From the NCBI GenBank assembly GCA_964247055.1, contig OZ176051.1, positions 13,268,001 through 13,332,000 of the forward strand: a stretch of 64,000 nt of DNA. Reading direction: 5' to 3'. The notes beneath the pieces were generated by a model. It made no database searches and had not been told where the DNA came from. It was given only the letters and a program-made list of their open reading frames with translations. The position numbers and the translations under genes were made by a program. Numbering within the stretch: position 1 is the first letter of the stretch; each line of letters opens with the position of its first letter. Below are positions 52,650 through 64,000 of this stretch, one piece after another. This DNA is from Paragordius varius (Eukaryota > Animalia > Nematomorpha).

Positions 52650-55495
52650 TTTTGTAAAGAGGGTAAGTGAGAGGGAGGGCAATGGCAAACCACCCTCGTT
52701 TTTTACTGCCAAAAAATAGTTTTACTATATGAACTTAACGCGACTTTTCAAAGTTGGATGCTGGAACGTACGCTTAACAGAAACCAAACTGGTGATAATT
52801 GAAAAGGAAATGGAAAGATTGACCTTAGATATACTGGATCTAACGGAAACCAAGCAAAGAGGTAGCGCGAAAGAAACGAAAATTATACATTGTTAAGATC
52901 GGGGAGAGATGACCAGAAATCAGAAGGCGTTGCAGTATTAATAAAAAACAAATTAAATAAAAGTCTCATTAGTTATACACCATATACACCCAGAATCGTG
53001 AGTATTAGGCTGAATGCCAAGCCACTTAAATTTACATACATAGTAGTCTATGCTCCTACGTCAAACGCTCCCAAAGACGACATAGAGGATTTTTATGCAA
53101 CGTTGCAAATAGTTTTGGATGAAACGAAGAAAGGAGATATGATTATCATAGGAGGGGATTGGAACAGCAAAGTTGGTAGAGGTAGAGTAGATCAAATAGT
53201 TGGCCCATATGGATTGGGAGAACGAAACGAGGCCGGGGAAGCACTGATCAATTTTTGTCAAGAAAATGAGATGATGATAACCAACACATGGTTTCCACAA
53301 CACAATAGGAGGTTATACACATGGACTTCTCCATGTGGTAAATATAAGAACCAAATTGATTACATAATATGTCCTCAAAAATGGAAAAGCTCTATAATCG
53401 ATACCAAAACAAGCAAAAGCAGCGATTGCTCTAGCGATCATGAGCATCTAGTAACCAAAATCAAACTTAAAATAATTAAAAATAAGGTTAAACAGATATA
53501 CAGATATGACACTCGAAACATTCCAAACAGTTTTAGAACAGAAACAAACGATAGATTAGAAAGATTGGACAATGAATGTAGCTCAGAACAATTATGGGGA
53601 ACGATAAAAAATGTTGTTAATGAAGTGGCAAAAGAAAAAGTGCAGAGAGTAAAGAGGAAAGATAACAAATGAATATCAGAAAAGAGTTTAGAGATTGCAG
53701 AAAAGAGGAGAAAAGCTAAATTAAGAGGTGATAATAAAATGGTAAAATTATATAACAAAGAATTTCAACGACAAACAAGGAAGGATTATGAAGATTTTCT
53801 TAATAAACAATGTCTGGAAGTGGAATTAAATAACAAAAAAGAATTAATGCAACCAATGTTCCAGAAACTAAAGCACATGACTCATAAACCTTTTATATAA
53901 TCCCAAAAGATTAAAAAAGAGAATGGCACCATATTGTGCAAACAAACAGATGTACGAGAAAGATGGAAGGAATACACCCAAAAACTCTATCAGGCTCCTC
54001 AAGCAAAAGTGTTGCAATTAAAAGAAGAAGAACGTGATCCAGATATATTAAGAGAGGTTGATTTAGCTAGCAATGGGATTAGACAATATCCCAATAGAGT
54101 TCATAAAAGCTATTCCTGTAGAAACGTTACACAAGTTATGTCAAAAGGTGTGGGAAACACGTGAGTGGCCAAACGACTGGACATCATCTGTATATCTCCC
54201 AATATACAAAAAAGGAGATGTACTCCAGTGCGAGAACTATCGGAACATATCTCTTATTAGCCACGCTAGTAAGGTCTTACTAAAAGTAATACAAAACAGG
54301 ATGCACAGTATCATACAGACAGAAATACCAGAAAATCAAGCCGGATTTATGAAGGGAAAAAGCACAAGAGACCATATCTCAAACATGAGAAGGATAATGG
54401 AAACATTAAAAGAGTTCCAGAAAGAATTATACATGTGTTTTATTGATTACAGACAAGCCTTCGATTCAATTAACTATGACTGCTTGTGGGAAACATTAAA
54501 GTTAGTAGGGGGATCGTCTCACTTAATAAGATTGATAGCTCTCTCTATGTAAAACAAAGAGCGATTATTAGAACATCAGCGGGGGACACAGACGAAATAC
54601 CTATCTTGAAAGGAGTCAGACAAGGGTGTTGCTTATCCCCTTATCAGTTCAATATGTGCACAGAAATGATAATGAGGATGTTGGATGGTAAAAATATTGG
54701 AGTAAGAATAGGAGGGAGAACAATCAATAATTTAAAGTTTGCAGACGATACCACTCTTATAGCTGAAAGTGCAAATGATTTAAAGGAATTGATTGAAGTG
54801 ATTCGAAAGGAAAGTTGAGTTGTGGTCTTAAGTTTAATCCTAACAAAACCAAAATATTATGTACAGGAAAAAAGCCTACAATCATTATAGAAGGAGTAGA
54901 AATAGAAATAGTTAAACAGTTAACGTTTTTGGGCGCAATAATTTCAGAGGATGGGTCTTCAACTCCTGACATCAGAAAAATAGGATTGGGTAGAGAAGCG
55001 ATGACCAAATTAATAAAGATTTGGAAAAACAAAAGCGTAGGAGTTGAAACCAAAAAAAGATTACTCTACTGTTTCGTTCTCACGGTCACCACATATGGAT
55101 GTGAGAGTTGGACTCTCAGAAAAAGGGACAAAGAAAGGCTCATGGCTTTTGAAAGGAGCTGCTGGCGTAGGATGCTAGGATACACCTGGAAGGATAAAAT
55201 TAAGAATGGAAATCTAACTTCAGAAATAAAACCTAAAACAAACATCCTGGAGATAATTCTAAAAAGAAAGTTAACATATTTTGGTCATGTCATGCGATCG
55301 AATTCTCTGGAGAAAGATACGATGTTTGGGAAGGTAGAAGGGCAAAGGAAACGAGGCCGACCACCGATGAGGTGGTTGGATACGATAAAAGAAGAGACCA
55401 AAATGACATTGAAAAGCTCAATATAGCGGTTAAAGATAGAAAAAAATGGAAAGAAATAGTTAAAACTATATCCAAAAAGTCGTTTACGACTTAGG
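52650..55495 (+). mobile_element. Near full-length RTE/BovB-like LINE (APE + RT), disrupted by a few frameshifts and stops
   Basis: 5' ggcaatggcaaaccac motif; WNVRTL, VYAPTS, GDWNSKVG, NQIDYI, SDH, WPNDW, YRNISLISHASK, GVRQGC.LSP..FN, FADD, YGCESWT, YFGHVMR, GRPPMRWLD. Confidence 0.96.
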
Positions 55496-56132
55496 AAAAA
55501 CCAACCATTAGCAAATAAAATTTAGTTGATGTGTTTTCCACAGTTGGTTTTAATTTGATTTGACCTATTGTACGATAAAAATGCGATTTTCGGAATTCGG
55601 CTAATAAAATTAAAATCGAAATAACTCTTTTCTAGTATTTATAGGCTTCTAAAAAAATAATTAATATTGATATGATGGTAATTTTAATAGAACAAAAGAT
55701 TAAAAATGGCTTTATTAAATGACACAAAAGTAATAAATGAGGGTTTTAATCAAAATAATTTTTTTATGTTATCTTTTTGAGACATTCATTACCATACACA
55801 AAGTTTGAACTATTTTCATCCATTGATTATAAAAATATATTATTTAAAAAAAACGCTCTCGCTTCACGGGTTTAATTTATTTGACCTATTGTACAATAAA
55901 AATGTGATTTTCGGAGTTTGGTTAATAGCATAAAAATTAAAATAACTTTTTTATAGTATTTTTACAGAATCTCATTTCCTTCATCATCCTAAAGTTTTAA
56001 CTATCTAATATATGTTTAATTAACATTTATTTTTTGCTAAGCACCGTGCATAAAACACAATAAAGACTCAGACAGATATATATTGACTTTTAGCAAACTA
56101 AATTTATACGTAAAACAATATAGGATTTAAAA

Positions 56133-57269
56133 TTATGGAGAAATGTGTATTTTGTGTTGTTGTCTACAAAATAAGATAATTACATATGGGACAATATAAA
56201 ATTTAAGTGTCATAAGAAAGAATGTTATATGTTCGACTAGTGAATTGCAACCGAGGCCAGGAATCCAATATTTGTATTTGTACACAATGACAACAGCATA
56301 CGGCAGTGTGGTACATAAATTTATTACGTTTGCAATAGTTATTATTTTAAGGTATCTTTTTATGCGTCCTTTAAGGGATTTTACACTTGGCCGAGCACTG
56401 TTTAATGATTGTCCATCATTATTTCGACTCCCAGAAACTATGATAGGTGATTTAAAGATGTTAGGGGATGTGTGGTCCTCACATACGCTTTTCGATGCAA
56501 TAGTATTAAAGGTAAATCTTGCGCTTTGGTTACGCATTATGCGAATTTTGAATTTGCGTATCGTTAAAACATTTATCATAATGATAAATATTTGGGGTAA
56601 GATTAATGTGCTAATTACGACAATCGGATTATATATACTAAGAAAATAAATGTACTTCACATTGAATGGTAATATAAAGTGATCAGATAATTTTAAATAT
56701 GCCTGGTGATCAAGTAACGGCTTTATCAAATCAAACCGAACCATAAAAAAATATGGTATAGTTATCAATATTGACACAATCCCTATAACATTTAATGATA
56801 CTTTCAAGCATTTTATATGCCTTTTATACAAATTATAGTATTCTATAGGGTAATGCAAAGCAATGTATATATCAATGTTCATTAGGGCTGCAATAAAGTT
56901 CGTTATAAAGTATAATATTAACTCTATCTTCCCAATTCTTCTCAGGATAATACCTGCATAAATATTAGGCGCATCGCGTAAACATTCATCACGTATCATA
57001 AAATAAATGTTATCGACTGAAAAGAGACTAATTATTACGCAAATAATACATAAAATATTTATATAAAAGCGGTATAAAACTTTAAACTTTTTTTTAATTT
57101 TGAAAATGTCGCATCTGGCATATGATAATCCTAATATGACAAGAGTAGCTCCAAATACACCGATAGGTAACAATATCATCATCATAATGGCTTGTACTTT
57201 TTGAAATTTTGAATGAGCTTGGTATTGCAATCTTGGCCTCGTATTGAGGAAGTGTAATGAAATGTTCAT
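56133..57269 (-). CDS. Intronless, divergent rhodopsin-like (class A) GPCR, 378 aa; peptide-receptor-like or chemoreceptor-like
   Basis: One uninterrupted ORF with seven hydrophobic segments, TM3 end MNIDIYIALHYP, TM5 LPQIFIIMINVL, TM6 INLCTTLP and TM7 FYIVPYVI. Confidence 0.85.
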   Translation of the reverse strand: MNISLHFLNTRPRLQYQAHSKFQKVQAIMMMILLPIGVFGATLVILGLSYARCDIFKIKKKFKVLYRFYINILCIICVIISLFSVDNIYFMIRDECLRDAPNIYAGIILRRIGKIELILYFITNFIAALMNIDIYIALHYPIEYYNLYKRHIKCLKVSLNVIGIVSILITIPYFFMVRFDLIKPLLDHQAYLKLSDHFILPFNVKYIYFLSIYNPIVVISTLILPQIFIIMINVLTIRKFKIRIMRNQSARFTFNTIASKSVCEDHTSPNIFKSPIIVSGSRNNDGQSLNSARPSVKSLKGRIKRYLKIITIANVINLCTTLPYAVVIVYKYKYWIPGLGCNSLVEHITFFLMTLKFYIVPYVIILFCRQQHKIHISP

Positions 57270-57879
57270 TTATAGAGAATATATAATAAAATATATTTTA
57301 GAATAAATAATTAGTAAAGGCCGTTAATTATTTTAATTAATATTTCTGGCATGTTGTACGGGTTTGAATGCCTAATAATATTATGCAATATATATTATCG
57401 AAAACTAATTAAAAACAATGTATTATATTTAATTAAGTGTCGAAGAAACTATGTATAATGTATTTATCTTTAGGATCCCATGCTTTAATCCAGATCGTGC
57501 TCTTTTACCGAATTTATATCTTTGTATTGGTAAAATTAGGCGCAATACGCTTCTATAAAAATATTTAAATATACATAATAAGCCTCTAATAGAGACATAT
57601 AACTCAAAATACTTTTACAATTTGGCATGAGATTATAGTATAAACAAAGTCATATGAATAGCGCAGTTTATTTAATGTTCAATATTTGATAAATTTGTAT
57701 TTTAAAGGTATTTTCAAATCGTAATTCTTTGCTATTTTTATAAGATCTCCCCACCAATATATTTAAAAAACTTAACTAAACCAGAAGTGTCCAACACGCT
57801 CCGAGACATTATATTCGGCAAATTATGAATCCATAATTTGTAAAATATGTTTAACACGTCAAGATCTTTTTCTTTCTCC

Positions 57880-58420
57880 TAGTTGAAATATTGGGGTAGT
57901 TTTATATCCCAGAGCTCAATTTTGTAAATAAAGTATTGTTTTAAAAGTATTTTTTTTAATATTATCAAATATTGTTCTCATGTATTAGATAAAAAACTTA
58001 TATTTTTTATAACTTCTTGAGAATTGGGACAGCTCTAAAACACCATTAAAATGAACAGCTGATAATAAAAATATATTACGTTTATGCAAAAAATATATGG
58101 AAACTTTTTAAAATTAATTATTTACATTCTCCAACCATATTATACATTTATTTGCCTGTTCCTTTAGCGAAAAAAATTATAGAAAAAATTAGCGGCGAAA
58201 TGAGATGAGGTTTATTTTTTTAAAAAAAAATTTGTATAATGAGCTTAAAAGTCGAAAGAAAGCATATTTTTAAATTTTGCTTAATACTTTAAATACTTTT
58301 TAAGACCTTCGAATTTCAAATCACTCGTCTCATAAATCTACCCCAAAGGTCATGAGGTGTTAAAAAAACTCATTAAAATTAATATATAAACCAATTCTTA
58401 GAATAAGTCTTTTCAATTGG
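57880..58420. repeat. Dispersed repeat, copy of 26800-27300
   Basis: Collinear similarity blocks with the 26.8 kb copy. Confidence 0.6.
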
Positions 58421-58769
58421 CAACTAACTAGAAAAATTGGTATACGGTGTTTGCATTTTACTTGTCCAATAATATATATTAATACCCAAGTATATGCTGC
58501 CAGTGAAGCCATTTGTTTTGGACACCCCTGTTCTAAACTATAGAGTATTTAAATTTTCAATGATATTGTATAGATAAGGTCAGAAGGTTTTGTAACTATT
58601 TTCATAATAAGAGTGATTTTAGTAGAAAGGGGGAGAACAGGGGTGTACCTGCGTGTGTCATATATTAAAGAGGGACGATCGTTAAATATAATGTCTTTTT
58701 TGTCACTACCTCATTAATATAAATAAATATTATTACGTCTGCATAAACAAGGTCAATCATAGATTATCA

Positions 58770-59790
58770 GTATATTGTAATAACTTAGGGTTATCTATAT
58801 TTTGTCCATCGGCTACTACGAATTTCACCCATCTTCCAAGTTATATATGAATGCTATAGCAAACAAATTGATTGTTTTTTTGCCGCAAACCATTAGTCAG
58901 GTGTTTTTGAAATTGTGCGAGCTTATGCCCCATTGATGCAAAAGATATTACATATGCTAGGTAAGGAGAGTACGGCTAATGCGGCAGAATTTTCAACTAG
59001 ATTCCAAGGTGTCTTACACTGGTTCTGTTGTGATACGGAGCATTGTCATATAGGAAAATCACTCATGTACTTTGGCCCTTTTCGTTATTTTCGATTAATG
59101 CATGTTTTAAACTAATTATATGATGGCGATAGCGTGTGTATTTAAGGTTAGCTGGGCTGCAAAAATTATTATACACATTACTGCTTTGGTTTCACCAGAC
59201 ACCCTATTGTCATTTTGCCAAAGCCATTTTGGTTTTGATGAACCGGCTTGGAAAGGTATAAGCCACGATTTTTTTTATTTTTGAATTATTTACATGATGA
59301 GGCCGCTTCTCTCAACCGTCACAATTACGTCATGATTTTAAAACACTCTTTTTTGTTTTAAAGTTCGAAATTGTATTGGCATTTACGGAGTAATACTCTA
59401 TTTTTTGATACGATGCTTCTGTCAATTGTCACTGTCTTTAACTCAAATCCTCTTCTAAAAACACTTAAACTTTATAGTCTTCGCAGTCGTGTCTCTACAA
59501 GCGCCTTAACTTTCTGTAATTTAAATCAGCTTTTTAATTTTCGAAAACATGTTTCACATGTTTAAACCAAAGCATGTTCATAACATCATTTTCTTCTGAT
59601 GGAATAGAAAAGAATTCTAAGGGCAGATTTTCTTTTTTGAGGCACAAAATTTGACATGATTATGATAAAATTAAGACGCTCGCAGGTGTTGTAGGTGTAT
59701 GTCGTTTAATTGAAAAAATGTCGTCTTTGTCAAATTTATCGGCTGCGTTAAATTAAACCATGACTGCAGTTTGGACTATAGAGGATTGAG
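58770..59790 (-). mobile_element. Mos1-like mariner relic, nearly full length
   Basis: MSNFVPQK (ATG at 59657), HQKK, TCETCFRK, degenerate IVTGDEK, KKSW, VIFLYDNAPYH, PYSPYLA, WFAAK. Confidence 0.85.
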
Positions 59791-59989
59791 GTTAAGATAC
59801 CCATCCGTGTCTGTTTCTAATATTCTGTATTTATATCCATATAATTTGGATAAGTTAGCAAAATCGCCTTTGAAAGCGTGTATTCACTTTTCTCCTTTTC
59901 GTTGTTGTCTTCTTGGGTGTAAAACATGGACCCGATTTTAGATCTAAGCTATATATAATACAGGACACCATATCATTAAAGGTTTTGCA

Positions 59990-61790
59990 CTTTACGATTC
60001 CTATTTCAATAGTAATAAATTTATTCGGTGTAATGATAAGTTTTAAGTGTATTAAGACACTATTTTCATCTTATTGCTTAAATCGATAGTTATAGGGTGA
60101 TATGAACGATAATCATATATTAAATATCATAAGACAATTACAGAGGAAAAAAACAACGGTGTGATAATTAATTTTTTAACATACCTCCTTCTTTAAGCTT
60201 GATTCGGGCTTACGGAAACGGATCGGGTACCGGTGAGTCGTAGTTGGAAGCTTTATTTGTTTGTCTGGAAGCATTCTCACAAGAATTGACGCCGAATTTA
60301 GACTCTCGTTTCTGTTTTCAGAGGTTATTATATCGTGTTCGTGGGGTTGGGTTGAGGACGATGTATGAGGTAGCATGGCTATTGATGTGTGAGGTATCAT
60401 GGTAGATATTGCTGGGTTACCTAGATTCTTATTCTTTCCCCCTTTTATTCCGTCTTCTTCGGCAGACCCGTTTATGCTATTTTTTCATTGGCCAGCATTG
60501 CGAATAACTTTGCCAATGTCGTTTTTACGATAATCTCCTTTCTACTATTTCTCCCTCCCTCCAACCACTACACGATTCATTCTTAAGGTATATCTTTTAG
60601 CCCTTTTCAAACTCCTGCGGGGTGGAACTCATTGTGTTTGGATTTCATCCATGTTAAAGGACCTACTTCGTTTTTAAAACAGATGCGCCGGATGAGATGG
60701 ATGTTGCGACGGGTCCATAGAACTTGATTCAATCTTCGTTCCGGGTCGAATGGGAAGGCTAGTCATTAAATAGTGATTTTTTAAGGTTAAAATTACTCAC
60801 TTAAAGACCATGTTCGGGGGTGGTAGGGAGTAGAAGTTGCATATTTAATATTAGAGAACGCTTAAGTTCCTTAGAATTCCCCGATTATGCCATTATCGGT
60901 AACCACCAGTTTCGGGTACCCAAAACAGCAAAAACATGTTTCTAAAAACTTAATGATAATACCAGTATTGACCGGTAACATTTCTATCTATACCCATAGG
61001 GTGCAATGGTCAATTAACACCACCGAGTAGAAGTTGTCAATGGGACCGGCAATATCTAGGTGTACCCTTTCCCAAAAAGTGGTAGAGCATTTCATTGATA
61101 GGTGGAATTTCGGGTACATTTGGGCGAAGTTTTTGACAGTTTTGGCAGCTGCGCACCCACCACCCTTCAATATCTTGGCTTAACCCAAACCAAAAAACCT
61201 TTTCACGGTCCTGCTTGTGGCCTCACTTCGTCCGGAATTATTAGCCTATCGACAAATAATAACCCATATGTATCCTCAATTCTTTTATCCCGATAAAGGG
61301 TCTAACCAGTGGTCCGTCCAGTTATTAGACCTCAGCCCTACTTTCAATTTTGATATTGTAGGGTCATTTGATTCTTGATAGATAATTTCTATACAATTTA
61401 CCTCGCGTGGCCAAATTATCTGAACCTCGAACTCTTCGTCTTTTTCCAATGTCGTGATTTTCCATGGGGAGCCTCGAAAGGCAGTCAGCTATGTTTGCTC
61501 TTAGGCTGTATTCGATATTATAATTGAACAAAGACGTTCTTGTTATCCAAAGCAACAGTTTAATATTATTAATGTTACTTAAGTCACTTTGCGGCCCAAA
61601 TAGTTTCACTAAAAGTGTATGGTGAGTTTTTATTATAAATTTTCTGCCATACAAAAAAGTTTTAAATTTCTCTAAAGCTATTTAGATTACCTTCGCTTCT
61701 CGCTCAATTACTGATTAGTTTTGTTCAGCTTGGGAGCATTTTTGAACGTGTAGGCGATCTGTGGTATGCCATCTCTTGTTCTATGTGATA
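59990..61790 (-). mobile_element. Second Ty3/gypsy RNaseH-integrase remnant with a putative 3' LTR
   Basis: YGRKFII.T.H..L, ADCLSRLP, HLDIAGP and ..RYPIR.RKP...KEVC*, running into TGTTAAAA at 60181. LTR far boundary is uncertain. Confidence 0.85.
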
Positions 61791-63517
61791 GGGATAATTT
61801 TGAATAAAAATTAAGCAAACCCAAAAAATGATCTTAGAGTTGTTTTGTTAGTTGGGTACTCTTTGATTGCTTAATTTTATTTGGGGACGATTTCGCGCAG
61901 TTTTCAGATGAAATATCCAAGTATTCTATGAATTGTTAAAAGAGTTTTATTTTATCCGTAATTTTAATCCCATTGTTTCTAATTTGGTAATACTTTTTTA
62001 AGTTTTCTCTATTGCGTCAATTTCCCCGACGTCGTATAAATAGAAGGTGTCCCTGTGCAATCCTTCAAAAACCAATCCATTTGTTGAAAAAAACTTAAGG
62101 CGCAATTCTACCCAAATGATAATTGCTTATACTTAAAAAACTCTTTTTATGTAGAAATCGTTAGTTGCTGCTGACTATTTGGATGTACAGGAATTTGTAA
62201 ATATGCTTTCAAACCTAGTGTCGAGAAAGATTTGCCAATCGAGGTAAGGTCGTCAAAAGTTTGGTTTAGGTATTAATGTGGTTTTTATATGTAGATTTAT
62301 ACTTATTTTAAAATCAGCGCATATTTTAAGCTCCTTATTAGGTTAAAAAATATTAAAAAATGACTAGACCAAACAAATCGCCTCATTCTTGGATCAACGG
62401 ATCAATTATATCAAGATTAACTAATCTCTTTATTTCATCTCCACTTTGTTCTGCAGAAATATCGGCCTTTCCTACTTGGAAAAATTTCGCCACAATCATT
62501 GGAGTTGAAAATATTTTAATGCGTTCACCTTTCGCAGTCAAGGGCCCTCAGATAACATTGTTATATTTGTTAATATCACATAAATAAATTTTTTTATCCA
62601 GTCCATTCCGAATATTGCAAATTAATATTTTTAATAATATTTATTTTTAGATTCGCTGCAAGAGCTACAAATTTTTTTGCTCTTATAAAATTGACTAGTT
62701 TTCTCAAAATAAACGCAAACATGCCCAGCATGTGCGATTATTTTAAGTATATGCTAAATTTTGATAAACTAAAAATATTTTTAAAAAAGCATATTTTTTC
62801 CAAAATTAATATCTTAGAAATTTTTTTTGAAACTTAATTCACAATTTTGGGTCATGATGGAAACGGTATTAAAACGCTTCAAGATATTAAAAAAACACTT
62901 TTTATAATTCGATGATACTGTTAAACATTCCTCTCATCTCAAAATTTTATTTAAACGTTCGATTTCTTTTAAGTTTTGGTAAAATTTTGTAAAAATGACA
63001 ATATTTATAAATCTGAAAATGATATTTTAATCATAATTCAGATGTGATTATCGAATTATATAGATATGTGTTTTATAATATCCTAAATCGTTTTGATATT
63101 ATTCATGACTCAAACAACAGGTAAAACGCTTCAATCAAATTTTGCTATAGTTAAATTTAAAAAAAACGCTCAAAAATTTTTTAGTTGATATCAAAAAACA
63201 TATATTCAAAAGTATATCCCGCAATCTAAACATTTTTGCGTTTATTTAAAAAAACTGCCCCATTTTAGAGGTGCGAAATTGCAAATTTCGGAGCCCACAT
63301 TTTTAAATTATAATTTTTAAAAATATTGTCTTGCTGCTTATATGTAGTTTAAAATATATTTTAGTGACATTTTTTGAAATGAGCATTTAACATTTACCCA
63401 AAAAAGTATAAAATGAGCAGTTACAAAAGTGAAAAATACTTTGTTATATAATTCGTAAAGGCCAAAACCAAAAGCCCCATGAAAACTTTGATACATTTTC
63501 TTATCAGGATATATATA

Positions 63518-63665
63518 CCATTTCCCAGACAAAAAAACGTTTTCCCAGTAAATCGAAACATTTTCCCAATCAATCGAAACGTTTTTCCAGTCAATCGAAA
63601 CATTTTCCCAGTCAATCGAAACATTTCAGCAATAAAAACGTTTTTCCAGTCAATAAAAACGGTTT
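63518..63665. repeat. CCATTT terminus followed by about six 21-bp tandem units (TTTTCCCAGTCAATCGAAACA); probable left end of a TIR element
   Basis: ta|ccatttcccagac... followed by units with a 21-bp period. No matching right end within the window. Confidence 0.75.
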
Positions 63666-64000
63666 TATTTTTGATAATAAATATCAATACAAGATATAAA
63701 AACAACTTTTAACCATTATCAGCGTAATATTAGGATATTATTTTTTAAAAAACACTATTGAATGACAATTTTTCCAATTATAATCCAGTGTACAATCATT
63801 AATGACTTATTCTAAAAAGTTAACACTTCATACTGGATCCTAAACCGAAATTTTATTTAATTTATATAATATTTATAATTTGGTCTAACTGTGGCCAAAG
63901 CGGTCGTTCGAGATTCTTTGTGCAACCCGCGAAAAATTCGGAAATCCATATGCAAAAATATCCCACAAAATCTTAGTAAAATTTATATTTCTTACGAAAT

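Noticed and set aside
3931-57269. GRK and GPCR as a functional gene cluster
   Set aside because: They are 34 kb apart with an unrelated gene between them and no shared regulatory signal. Co-location is probably chance.
1-64000. tRNA, rRNA or snRNA genes
   Set aside because: No cloverleaf, A/B-box pair or rRNA-like conserved stretch was recognised by eye. tRNAscan-SE and Infernal would be needed to exclude them.

Overview
Very AT-rich eukaryotic DNA, most likely from an invertebrate animal (the GRK looks protostome-type). Four intact protein genes were reconstructed by hand, all on the minus strand: a secreted inhibitory-type serpin (4 exons, 816-2708), a GRK2/beta-ARK orthologue (21 exons, 3931-22061), a TRMT2A-like tRNA m5U54 methyltransferase (14 exons, 28588-40779) and an intronless, highly divergent class-A GPCR (56133-57269). 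A possible GPCR pseudogene lies near 50.1-51.0 kb. The rest is dense with transposons: five RTE-clade LINE relics, two Ty3/gypsy RNaseH-integrase remnants, three mariner relics, non-autonomous Helitrons and many MITEs. The most striking signal is five ultra-short GT-AG introns (23, 26, 27, 27 and 28 nt). They are the first 2-3 introns of the two housekeeping genes, whose downstream introns run to 1-4 kb. All five would frameshift or introduce an immediate stop if retained. Also notable are a TA-flanked CCATTT-terminal element family with helically phased 21-bp palindromic repeats, Helitrons ending in two tandem C(GNA)G hairpins, an LTR-RNaseH-IN-LTR element lacking gag/PR/RT, and a PHD finger inside an RTE reverse transcriptase. 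Coordinates were counted by eye, TE boundaries are approximate, and no database searches were run.
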